Shown here: one piece after another, positions 16,875 through 25,749 of the stretch
How positions within the stretch are numbered: the first letter of the stretch is position 1
Layout: each line of letters begins with the position of its first letter
Origin: Chloroflexota bacterium
Lineage (GTDB): Bacteria > Chloroflexota > Anaerolineae > Aggregatilineales > UBA3940
Direction: 5' to 3'
Assembly: GCA_036679085.1 (NCBI GenBank)
Contig: JAZIGM010000005.1
Location: 204,098 to 268,097 of the forward strand
DNA: 64,000 nucleotides
Notes under the pieces: generated by a model
The model's database searches: none
What the model was told of the DNA's origin: nothing
The model's input: only the letters and a program-made list of their open reading frames with translations
Translations under genes and position numbers: made by a program

Positions 16875-18091
16875 TCAAAGCCGTCCTGCTCGACCTTGAC
16901 GACACCCTGATCACAAGCGATATCCACAACTTCTTCCCCGCCTACCTGCGCGAACTCGGGCAGTATGCGGCGGCAATCAGCCCGCCGGAGCAGTTCGTCG
17001 ACCAGATGATGAGTTCCTTCGAGCGGACGCTTTACCAGTACGACCCGGCACGCCCGCTCTACGAGCGGGTGATGGAGCGCTTCTCGGAGGATATCGGGCA
17101 CGAGCTTGCCACGCTGGAGCCGCTGTTCGCGTCGTTCTACCGCGACGCGTACCAGGCGCTGAGCGGCTGGATCCGGCCCCGCCCGGAGTCGCGCCGCCTG
17201 CTGGAGTGGCTCTTCGACCACGACTACACCGTCGTCGTGGCAACCAACCCCGGCCTGCCCGAGGCTGCCATCCACCACCGGATGCGCTGGGGAGACATCC
17301 CGCCCGAGCAGTACGACTTTGACATGATCACGACGCTGGAGTCGATGCACTTCGGCAAGCCAACCGCCGAGTACTACTCGGAGATCGTGCTGCGGCTGGG
17401 CGTCGAGCCCCACGAAGCGATCATGGTCGGCGACGATTGGGACGCCGATCTGGTCGGCGCGGCGGCGGCGGGCCTGCACACATTCTGGGTCACGACAGAG
17501 GGCTCGGAGCCGCCGGATGGCTCCATACAGGTTTCCGGCTACGGCACATATGAGTCGTTCGTCGAGAAGGTGCTGGACGGCTGGCTGGACACGCTGCCCA
17601 CGGACGGCAACATCAGCCGGTCATCACTGATACACCGCCTTGCCGCCTACCCCGCCGCCATCGACGCCGCGCGCCGCCCGTACCTGCGGGATGTGCTGGA
17701 GTGCAACCCGGCGGAGGACGAGTGGTCGGCGCGGGACATCGTGTGCCACCTGCGCGACCACGAGGCGCAGACGCGCGCCCGGCTGGAGCGCATCCTGGCG
17801 GAGGACAACCCGTTCCTCTCGGCGGACACCAACCCCTGGGCCGCAGGTGCCCTGTACCGCCGCGTGCCGTTCGAGGAGGCGTTCGACGTGTTCGTCGAGC
17901 GCCGCGAGGCGATGGTTGAGTGGCTGAAGACCATCCCCGAAGAGGGCTGGAAACAACAGGCGCGGGACGCGATCTTTGGGCCGACGTGTTTCGAGGAAGT
18001 CGTCAGCTTCCTCGCCGATCATGATCGGATGCACCTCCAGCAGATGAAGGACGCCATCGAGCACGGCGTAAGGGCCTGCGACGGCGCGTGA
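16871..18091 (+). CDS. HAD-superfamily hydrolase fused to a DinB-like C-terminal domain
   Basis: HAD motif I (VLLDLDDTLI) and motif IV (MVGDDWDAD). The C-terminal part carries His-rich DinB-like helices (HLRDHEAQT...ADHDRMHLQQ). Confidence 0.8.
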   Translation: MIKAVLLDLDDTLITSDIHNFFPAYLRELGQYAAAISPPEQFVDQMMSSFERTLYQYDPARPLYERVMERFSEDIGHELATLEPLFASFYRDAYQALSGWIRPRPESRRLLEWLFDHDYTVVVATNPGLPEAAIHHRMRWGDIPPEQYDFDMITTLESMHFGKPTAEYYSEIVLRLGVEPHEAIMVGDDWDADLVGAAAAGLHTFWVTTEGSEPPDGSIQVSGYGTYESFVEKVLDGWLDTLPTDGNISRSSLIHRLAAYPAAIDAARRPYLRDVLECNPAEDEWSARDIVCHLRDHEAQTRARLERILAEDNPFLSADTNPWAAGALYRRVPFEEAFDVFVERREAMVEWLKTIPEEGWKQQARDAIFGPTCFEEVVSFLADHDRMHLQQMKDAIEHGVRACDGA

Positions 18092-18107
18092 CAGCGAGCC
18101 TGTCCGC

Positions 18108-19319
18108 CTAAAACTCAGCCGGGGGCAGCACGAACGTCACCAGCACGCCCGCGCCCTTCCTGGATTCGATGTTCAGGCTGACGCCGTGTGCGTCGAGGAT
18201 CATCTTTGCCAGCGCAAGCCCAATGCCGAAGCCGCCGTAATGCCGGGTTGACGGGTTCTCCTCTCCCTGCTCCAGAACGACCGTCGCCCGGCGGAGTTGC
18301 TCCGGCGACATGCCCGGCCCGTAGTCCCGCACGCTGATAGCGATATCGCCCTGGTCGCCCACCGCTACCGCGCTGACCTCGACCGGGCCGGGCTCGCCGA
18401 ACTTGAGCCCGTTGTCGATGATCTGTGTCAGCGCGCGGGTCAGCTTCTTCACATCCACGTAGATAGGGGGCAGCCCGCGCTGTACGTAGACGTTCAGCCG
18501 GGTATCCGCATCCGGGTACAGGCGGGCGGCGCGAGCCACCGCTCCGTGTACTACGTCTGCGACGGCAACCAGCGACGGCTTCAGGTCGGTCGGGTCGCTG
18601 AAATCGCGCACCTGGTCAAGCCGGTACTCCAGCTTGGCGAACGCCTCCGCCGCGTGGGCAAACATTCGCTTCCGCCCCACCGGATCGTCGATGACAGCTT
18701 CCAGCTCGCTGAGCGCCATCTTAAGCTGCATGGCGGGCGTCCGCAGCTCGTGCGAAACAATGTCCAGCACGCGCCCCTTCACCCGGCTTAACTCTTCGAG
18801 CCGCTTGTTGGCGCGGCGAAGCTCGTACGTGCGCTGCTCGACTCGCTTCTCAAGCTCGCGACGGTGGGCCTCCAGTTCGTCGTAAAGCTGCTTCGCGCGG
18901 AGCAGCGCGCGCACCCGCACGATCAATTCGACCCGGTCCAGCGGCTTGTTCAGGAACTCATCCGCGCCCGCCGCCAGCCCTTCCATACGCCGATTCTGCT
19001 CGGTCGCGCCGGTCACGAGGATGACCGGCAGGAAGCGAGTCTCGTTTGCTGCCTTGATCTGCTGGCAGACCGCGATCCCGTCGGTACCGGGGATGATGAC
19101 ATCAAGCACGACAATATCCGGCGCGGAGTCCCTCACCCGCTCCAGCGTGTCATAGCCGTTTGTCGCGGTGATGATCTGGTAGCCCTCACGCGCGAGGATG
19201 TACGAGAGGTACTCCAGCACATTCTCGTCGTCGTCCACAACGAGAATCTTGCATTCTTCCGGCGGTTTCATCGGCAATTCGATACTGGCGCTTTCGCGGT
19301 AGGCGTCTGTGGCAGCCAT
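18108..19319 (-). CDS. Hybrid response-regulator receiver / histidine kinase (REC-HisKA-HATPase)
   Basis: ORF trimmed to MAATDAY. REC domain (ILVVDDDENV...LDVIIPGTDG...NKPL), H-box SHELRTP, G-box GFGIGLALAK. Confidence 0.88.
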   Translation of the reverse strand: MAATDAYRESASIELPMKPPEECKILVVDDDENVLEYLSYILAREGYQIITATNGYDTLERVRDSAPDIVVLDVIIPGTDGIAVCQQIKAANETRFLPVILVTGATEQNRRMEGLAAGADEFLNKPLDRVELIVRVRALLRAKQLYDELEAHRRELEKRVEQRTYELRRANKRLEELSRVKGRVLDIVSHELRTPAMQLKMALSELEAVIDDPVGRKRMFAHAAEAFAKLEYRLDQVRDFSDPTDLKPSLVAVADVVHGAVARAARLYPDADTRLNVYVQRGLPPIYVDVKKLTRALTQIIDNGLKFGEPGPVEVSAVAVGDQGDIAISVRDYGPGMSPEQLRRATVVLEQGEENPSTRHYGGFGIGLALAKMILDAHGVSLNIESRKGAGVLVTFVLPPAEF

Positions 19320-19485
19320 GGCATTCAACCTTTTCTCTGCCTTCCCGTGTCTCAGTTTATCATGATGACAGTGTTTGCACCTAATCGACAACCGTCCGCC
19401 GCCTGCATAGCAGCCCACAAGAATCTGGGTTAGATTATAGGCGGGAATTAACTCCTTTTTATGTCAGGTGATCGTCAGCAATTGA

Positions 19486-19995
19486 ATGAAAAGACCACCG
19501 CCAGCCCCTCAAGATAGCCGGGTGCTATCCCATCACCGTTTTACGCGGCCTGCCATCCGGCTATGGTTGCCGCTGACGATGCTCCTCGTAGTCGGGCTGT
19601 GCGGCTGGTTGATCACCCCGGATGTCGGCATCCTAGAGTTCCTCGCGCTGCTGTTCCTGCTGTATGTGTCGATCAGCGCGCTGGTGGCAGTCGCCGAGAT
19701 CAGCGTAGTCGAGGATGGGTTGATCATCAACCGCGTGCTGCTCCCCAAGCGCTTCGTGCCGTGGGACGACATCGACCGCGTGATCGTTTTCGCCCATGCA
19801 AGCGGCGGGACGGACACCCATATCGAAATCGCCAGCATCAGCGTGTACGAGGGCCTCTCTCCGCTGAACCGCCTGCCGGGGCTGGCCTACGGGCAGGGCT
19901 TCCGGCAGACGATCATGATCACCCCTGATACCATCGAGGACTATGACTTGCTGCTCACTGCGCTGGAGGCGAACTGCCATGTGGTCTGGCGCTGA
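19486..19995 (+). CDS. Hypothetical membrane protein (2 TM helices plus a small soluble, possibly bPH-like, domain)
   Basis: Hydrophobic stretches LWLPLTMLLVVGLCGWLI and FLALLFLLYVSISALVAVA. No motif recognised. Confidence 0.55.
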   Translation: MKRPPPAPQDSRVLSHHRFTRPAIRLWLPLTMLLVVGLCGWLITPDVGILEFLALLFLLYVSISALVAVAEISVVEDGLIINRVLLPKRFVPWDDIDRVIVFAHASGGTDTHIEIASISVYEGLSPLNRLPGLAYGQGFRQTIMITPDTIEDYDLLLTALEANCHVVWR

Positions 19996-20113
19996 GCGCA
20001 GCCGGTGCAGCGATTTGCCCGCCGGTCCCGCTTCCGTTACGATTACACGGTGCCCCTAACAGGCTACGCCAGCAGCAACCCGCCCCGTTTGACGGGCTAG
20101 AAAGGCACTCGCC

Positions 20114-22930
20114 ATGCGCGATGTCCTGGTCTCGATTGACCTGGAAACGACAGGGCTGAACCCGGACACTGACCAGATTATCGAAATCGGCGCGGTAAAG
20201 TTCCGGGGCGATGAGGTAATCGATGAGTTTCAAACGCTGGTCAACCCCGGCTGTCCGGTCCCTCCATTCATCACGCAGCTTACAGGCATCACGACCGAGG
20301 ACGTGCGTCATGCGCCAACGCTGCGCGAGATTCTGCCCGGCCTGCGCCGTTTCCTCGGCGATGCGCCGCTCATGGCCCACAACGTCCAGTTTGATATTGC
20401 CTTTCTGGAGCGTGGCGGGCTGCGGGTCAGCCACCATACGGTCATCGACACTTACGTGCTGGCCTCCACGCTGTTCCCCGACGCGCCGCGCTACAACCTG
20501 CACGCGCTGATGTCAATGCTCAGCCTCCCTGCGATCGGCGATACGCACCGCGCCCTCAACGACGCTCACATCGCAAGGGAGCTTTACCTCAAGCTGTGGG
20601 AGCGTGCGCTCGCGCTCCCGCTCGATACCCTCGCGGAGATCGTGCGCCTGGGCGAGCAGATGCCGTGGGACGGTGCGTACATGTTCAAGGCGGCGCTGCA
20701 GGCGCGCTCGCGGGAGGTCTTTACCGCGCCAGAGGCGAAGGATGCCGGTGAACTGACCGACCTCGGCGAGTTATTCGGCGGGCCGGGTGAATCTCCCCCG
20801 ACCCTGCGCCCCCGGCACGACATCCAGCCGATTGACGAGGAGGAGCTTGTCGCGCTGGTCAAGCCCAACGGCGCGCTGTCAAAGGCGCTGGCGGGCTACG
20901 AGTATCGCTCGCAGCAGGTGGACATGCTGCGGCAGGTGACGCGGGCTTTCAACAGGGGACAGCATATGTTCATCGAGGCCCCGACCGGCGTCGGCAAGTC
21001 GCTGGCGTACCTGCTGCCCGCCGCCCGCTTCGCCGTGCAGAACGACGCCCGCGTCGTCATCAGCACGAACACCATCAATCTGCAGGAGCAGCTTATCAAC
21101 AAGGACATCCCGCAGCTTACCAGCGCGCTGAAACTCCCCGTCCGGGTCGCCGTGCTCAAGGGGCGGCGGAACTACCTCTGCCCGCGCCGCCTCGCTGCCC
21201 TGCGGCGGCGGGGTGCGACCACGCGTGAAGAGATGCACTTGCTCGCCAAGATTCTCGTGTGGCTCACCCAGAACAAGAGCGGCGACCGCAACGAGATCAG
21301 CCTGCGCGGCCCGGTCGAGGCGGCGATCTGGCGCCGGTTGAGCGCCGAAGACGAGGGATGCACGACCGAGCGCTGCCTGGTGCAGACAGGGGGCACATGC
21401 CCGTTCTACCGGGCACGCCGCCAGGCGGAGAGCGCCCACCTGCTGATCGTCAACCACGCACTCCTGCTCTCCGATGTGGCGACCGAGGGGCGCGTGCTAC
21501 CGCCGTATGACCACCTCATCGTCGATGAGGCCCACCACCTCGAAGACGCCATCACCAACAGCATGATGTTCCGCACCGATCCCGACGACATCAAGCGGCA
21601 GGTCGCGGATCTCGGCACGCTGCGCACCGGGCTAATGGGCGACCTACTCCAGCACACTCAGGACGCAATCCCGGCACGCCATCACAAGACACTCACCGAG
21701 TTCGTCAACATCGTGACGCAGGCATCCTCCGTGATGACCACGCACGTCGATCGCTTCTTTCATGCGTTGCGGGTGTTCCTTGAGACTCACGCGAACGTGC
21801 AGCGCAACGAGTACACGGCGCAGGTGCGCATTATCGACGCGCTGCGGCGTCAGCCCGGCTGGAGCGAGATCGAGATACGCTGGGACAACCTCAGCCAGTT
21901 CACCGGCGCGATCTCCGGGGCGATGGAGGAGCTTGCACGCGGACTGAGCGAGCTGGCCGAGTACGACATCGAGGACTTTGACGACCTCATCTCCGCGACG
22001 AACTCCACCGCGCGCCGCCTCACCGAGTTGCACCGGCGGTTGCACGAGATCGTCAGCGAGCCGGACGGCAATACCATCTACTGGGCGGAGTTTCAGCCGG
22101 ACCGCGACACGATCTCCCTGCACGCCGCCCCGCTCGACGTTGGCCCGCTCGTGCAGGAGCACGTCTGGTTCAAGAAGGACACCGTCATCATGACGAGCGC
22201 GACGCTCCGCACCGACGACTCCTTCGAGTTCATCCGCACCCGACTGAGCGCCGATGACGTGACCGAGGTCGTCGTGGACTCGCCGTTCGACTACGAGAAC
22301 AACACGCTGCTCTACATCGTCAGCGATATGCCGGAGCCGAACCAGCGCGACGCCTACCAGCGCAGCGTCGAGCAGGGCCTGCTGGAGCTGTGCCGCGCAA
22401 CGCAGGGGCGAACGATGGTGCTGTTTACCAGCTACGCCCAGCTTCGCCAGACCGCCAACGCCATCGCTGAGCCGCTTGCCCGTGAGGGCATCGTCGTCTT
22501 CGATCAGAGCGATGGTTCCAGCCGCTCGCAGCTTCTGGAAGGCTTCGTCGGCACAGAGAAGGCTGTGCTGATGGGCACACGTTCCTTCTGGGAGGGTGTA
22601 GACGTGCCGGGCGCGGACCTGAGCGTGCTCGTGATCGTGCGCCTGCCGTTCAGCGTGCCAAGCGACCCGCTCTTCGCCGCCCGCAGCGAGCAGTTCGAGG
22701 ACCCGTTCAACCAGTATGCGATCCCGGAAACCATTTTGCGTTTCCGTCAGGGGTTTGGTCGCCTGATCCGCCGCAAAGACGACCGGGGCGTAGTCGTCAT
22801 CTTCGACCGCCGGGTTATCAGCAAGGGCTACGGGCAGTTGTTCCTGAACTCGCTGCCGACCTGTACAGTTTATCGCGGGCGGCTGGCGGACCTGCCCCGT
22901 CTCGCCGTGCGTTGGTTGGAGCGCCAGTAG
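20114..22930 (+). CDS. dinG: DinG-family ATP-dependent helicase with N-terminal DnaQ-like 3'-5' exonuclease domain
   Basis: Exo I motif (VSIDLETTGL), Walker A (EAPTGVGKS), DEAH box (VDEAHHLE), and Cys residues in the FeS region. Confidence 0.9.
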   Translation: MRDVLVSIDLETTGLNPDTDQIIEIGAVKFRGDEVIDEFQTLVNPGCPVPPFITQLTGITTEDVRHAPTLREILPGLRRFLGDAPLMAHNVQFDIAFLERGGLRVSHHTVIDTYVLASTLFPDAPRYNLHALMSMLSLPAIGDTHRALNDAHIARELYLKLWERALALPLDTLAEIVRLGEQMPWDGAYMFKAALQARSREVFTAPEAKDAGELTDLGELFGGPGESPPTLRPRHDIQPIDEEELVALVKPNGALSKALAGYEYRSQQVDMLRQVTRAFNRGQHMFIEAPTGVGKSLAYLLPAARFAVQNDARVVISTNTINLQEQLINKDIPQLTSALKLPVRVAVLKGRRNYLCPRRLAALRRRGATTREEMHLLAKILVWLTQNKSGDRNEISLRGPVEAAIWRRLSAEDEGCTTERCLVQTGGTCPFYRARRQAESAHLLIVNHALLLSDVATEGRVLPPYDHLIVDEAHHLEDAITNSMMFRTDPDDIKRQVADLGTLRTGLMGDLLQHTQDAIPARHHKTLTEFVNIVTQASSVMTTHVDRFFHALRVFLETHANVQRNEYTAQVRIIDALRRQPGWSEIEIRWDNLSQFTGAISGAMEELARGLSELAEYDIEDFDDLISATNSTARRLTELHRRLHEIVSEPDGNTIYWAEFQPDRDTISLHAAPLDVGPLVQEHVWFKKDTVIMTSATLRTDDSFEFIRTRLSADDVTEVVVDSPFDYENNTLLYIVSDMPEPNQRDAYQRSVEQGLLELCRATQGRTMVLFTSYAQLRQTANAIAEPLAREGIVVFDQSDGSSRSQLLEGFVGTEKAVLMGTRSFWEGVDVPGADLSVLVIVRLPFSVPSDPLFAARSEQFEDPFNQYAIPETILRFRQGFGRLIRRKDDRGVVVIFDRRVISKGYGQLFLNSLPTCTVYRGRLADLPRLAVRWLERQ

Positions 22931-22996
22931 GCAGCTTGCGAGGGCTGCAGGGCAACCACGAAGTTTATTCGTCACGGGTATTGCCTGCTCGACGGT

Positions 22997-23024
22997 TTGC
23001 GCCATCGGGAGCGAGCAGTACAAT
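22997..23024 (+). promoter_or_regulatory. Candidate promoter for the REC-DUF192 gene
   Basis: TTGCGC, 16 nt spacer, TACAAT. Confidence 0.45.
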
Positions 23025-23081
23025 GCGAGTGGGCACAAACCCGCCTGACTGCTTATCAAAAGGAATCAACACGAGGGTGTC

Positions 23082-23972
23082 ATGACAGCGCCGATCGGGG
23101 AATCGCTGGGGACGGTGGTGTACGTCGAAGACGAGCCCGCCATGATCGACCTCATTACATTGATTCTAAGCCGGCACGGCTTCGAGGTAGCGGGAGCGCT
23201 GAGCGGCGCGGAGGGGCTTCAGCTTATCCGCGAAACCAAGCCGGACCTCATCCTGCTCGACCTCATGATGCCGGACATGAGCGGGTGGGATGTTTACCAT
23301 GCGCTCCGGGCGGATGACGAGTTGAGCCGCATCCCGGTCATCGTTGTGACTGCAAGAGCGGCGACCATCGACCAGACGCTTGGGCTGCGCATTGCAAAGG
23401 TGCAGGACTACATCACCAAGCCCTTCAGCCCTGCCGAGCTGGTCCGCCGGATTGGCGTGGTGCTCGGCGACAGCCGCCTGGTCACCGCCGCCGACGACGA
23501 GGCAGAAGCCGGACGGGTTAAGCGGAGGATCGCAGAGCTTGCTGTCGACGAGGGCGCGACGCGCCCTCGGTCCATGTTGAGGAGGGTATGCGCGATGCCC
23601 ACTACCGGACGCCTGACTCACCGGGGAACCGGGACCACACTGCTGGATAATGTACGCTGGTGTGCCTCCTTCTGGTGTAAGCTGCGCGGGCTGATGTTCC
23701 GGCGGGAGCTATCCCCCGGCGAGGGCCTGCTGTTCGTCGGGGATCGCAGCAGCCGGGTTGATAGCTCCATCCACATGCTGTTCATGGCCTTCCCGATTGC
23801 GGTCGTATGGCTGGACGACGACTTCCGCGTTGTCGATACGCGGCTGGCGAAGCCGTGGCGGCTGGCTTATGTGCCTTCCCGCCCTGCGCGTTATACTCTT
23901 GAGGCGAATCCAGAACTCCTGACCCGTGTTGAAATAGGCGATGAGCTACACTTTGAAGCGAGCAATCATTGA
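23082..23972 (+). CDS. Response-regulator receiver domain fused to a DUF192-like domain
   Basis: REC domain (VYVEDEPAMIDL...LLDLMMPDMSG...ITKPF) runs without a stop into KLRGLMFRRELSPGEGLLFVG...IHMLFMAFPIAVVWLDDDFRVVDT, which is DUF192/COG1430-like. Confidence 0.75.
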   Translation: MTAPIGESLGTVVYVEDEPAMIDLITLILSRHGFEVAGALSGAEGLQLIRETKPDLILLDLMMPDMSGWDVYHALRADDELSRIPVIVVTARAATIDQTLGLRIAKVQDYITKPFSPAELVRRIGVVLGDSRLVTAADDEAEAGRVKRRIAELAVDEGATRPRSMLRRVCAMPTTGRLTHRGTGTTLLDNVRWCASFWCKLRGLMFRRELSPGEGLLFVGDRSSRVDSSIHMLFMAFPIAVVWLDDDFRVVDTRLAKPWRLAYVPSRPARYTLEANPELLTRVEIGDELHFEASNH

Positions 23973-25386
23973 TCCTGTGCACCGGCATGCCTGGCTGGTG
24001 CTGACCGTCCTCACCCTGCTGCTGAGCGCCCCCTACCCTGCTGCCGCCCAGGAGGGCACAAACAACCGCGACACCCGCTCCGCTGTGACGGTCCACGTTG
24101 TGCAGGACGGCGAGACAGTCACCAGCATCGCGGCGCGTTATGGCCTCGGCGTCGAGACGCTGCGCCGTGCCAACGCCCTGGGCGCATACGACATCATCAC
24201 CGTCGGGCAGCGGCTGATCATCCCGGCGGCAGACCGCATCGAGGCGGGCGCGGCAACCGCGACGGTCGGGCTGGGCGGCTCGCTCGACCAGATCGCCGCC
24301 CGCTACCGCATCCCCGTCGAGGACCTTGCCCGGCTCAACCGCATCGCCAACCCGGCTGGCCTGCCCGCTGGTCAGGAGGTCGCTGTACCTGCTGCGACCC
24401 CGGCAGGCGGCCCGCTTGTTCGCGTCGTCGACAGTCTGAGCCTGTGGCGGGTCGCGCTTGCACACAACATCAGCCCGACCGTGCTTGCGCTCGCCAACGG
24501 CGTCGAGCACCCGGCGCTGATTGCGCCGGGCCGCCTGCTCTCCCTGCCGAGGGACGTCGAAGCGCCCGACGACGTGATGGCGGCGCCGCTGGCGTCCGTG
24601 CTGCTGCACCCGCTGCCGCTCCAGCCGGGGCGTACAGGCGGGCTGCGCGTCGAGACGCGCGAGCCTGGCACACTGACCGTCACCTTCCTCGACAGCGACT
24701 GGCCCGTCGTTTCCGAGGGCACGCAGCACCGCGCCCTGCTGCCGGTTGATCGCTGGACCGATCCGGGCGTCTACCCGCTGACGCTGACCTTTACCGGCGA
24801 GAGCGGGACCAGTGCCACGCTAACACAGATGGTGAGCATCGTCGATGGCGGCTACCCGCGCGAGGTGATCCGTCTGACCGGCGCTGCCGCCGAAACGCTG
24901 GCCAACCCCGCAGACGAGGCCGGCGAAATAGCGTACGTCGAGCGGACGATGTCCGGCTTCAGCGAGGAGCGTCACTTCGCCGAAGGCCCGTTCCTGCTGC
25001 CCACCGCCGGGGTGCTCGCCTCCGGCTTCGGCACCGAGCGTGCCTACAACAGCGACGTGTTTGACCGGTACCACACAGGCGCGGACCTCGGTGGGGCGCC
25101 GATCGGCACGCCGATCTACGCCCCAGCAGACGGCGTAGTCGTCGATACAGGGCTGCTGGACGCGCGCGGCTACATCACCATCATCGACCACGGCTGGGGT
25201 GTGTACACCGGCTACTGGCACCAGTCCGCCATTTTCGTCCGGCCCGGTGACACCGTCACCGCCGGGCAGCAGATCGGCACGATCGGCAACACCGGGCGCT
25301 CGACCGCCCCCCACCTGCACTGGGAGATGCGCGTCCACGGCGTCGTTGTCGACCCCATGCAGTGGGTACGAGAGGAGATGCCCTGA
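23941..25386 (+). CDS. Secreted LysM-repeat / M23 family metallopeptidase
   Basis: Signal peptide, three LysM-like repeats, and M23 motifs (HTGADLG, HLHWEMRVHG). Overlaps the upstream gene by 32 nt. Confidence 0.88.
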   Translation: MSYTLKRAIIDPVHRHAWLVLTVLTLLLSAPYPAAAQEGTNNRDTRSAVTVHVVQDGETVTSIAARYGLGVETLRRANALGAYDIITVGQRLIIPAADRIEAGAATATVGLGGSLDQIAARYRIPVEDLARLNRIANPAGLPAGQEVAVPAATPAGGPLVRVVDSLSLWRVALAHNISPTVLALANGVEHPALIAPGRLLSLPRDVEAPDDVMAAPLASVLLHPLPLQPGRTGGLRVETREPGTLTVTFLDSDWPVVSEGTQHRALLPVDRWTDPGVYPLTLTFTGESGTSATLTQMVSIVDGGYPREVIRLTGAAAETLANPADEAGEIAYVERTMSGFSEERHFAEGPFLLPTAGVLASGFGTERAYNSDVFDRYHTGADLGGAPIGTPIYAPADGVVVDTGLLDARGYITIIDHGWGVYTGYWHQSAIFVRPGDTVTAGQQIGTIGNTGRSTAPHLHWEMRVHGVVVDPMQWVREEMP

Positions 25387-25441
25387 GCGCACGGCCTTTC
25401 CATCTTCTAATCTACCTCTAATGCGGGCCGGGCCATCTGCC

Positions 25442-25471
25442 TTGCAGGTGCAAAAGGTCATCGGCTATAAT
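25442..25471 (+). promoter_or_regulatory. Promoter of tRNA-Leu
   Basis: TTGCAG, 18 nt spacer, TATAAT. The -10 box ends 11 nt before the tRNA 5' end. Confidence 0.6.
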
Positions 25472-25482
25472 CACCCGCTAGC

Positions 25483-25564
25483 GGGGAAGTGTCGGAACTG
25501 GCAGACGAGCATGACTTAGGATCATGTGCCGCGAGGCGTGCGGGTTCGAGTCCCGCCTTCCCCA
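25483..25564 (+). tRNA. tRNA-Leu (anticodon TAG), class II with long variable arm
   Basis: Acceptor GGGGAAG/CTTCCCC, anticodon arm CATGA-CTTAGGA-TCATG, variable arm TGCCGCGAGGCGT, T arm GCGGGTTCGAGTCCCGC. No encoded CCA. Confidence 0.9.
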
Positions 25565-25581
25565 TCGAACGCTTTGCACGG

Positions 25582-25604
25582 GGCTCTACGATCGGTGTAG
25601 AGCC
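25582..25604 (+). terminator. Possible terminator hairpin after tRNA-Leu
   Basis: ggctctac, 7 nt loop, gtagagcc. The trailing tract is weak (TCCATTTGT). Confidence 0.35.
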
Positions 25605-25709
25605 TCCATTTGTGGAGAGCGGTCGCACGGGCGGCAGGCAGCCACGCCCCAATTAGCGGGGCTCCGCCATGCCCAACCACCGACGCGATAGCGTGGACGT
25701 TTTTGCCCA

Positions 25710-25718
25710 TGCTATAAT
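25710..25718 (+). promoter_or_regulatory. Candidate extended -10 promoter (TGcTATAAT) for tig
   Basis: Read directly. No convincing -35 box. Confidence 0.4.
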
Positions 25719-25749
25719 CCAACCGTTAGTCATATTAAGGGAAAGAAAC

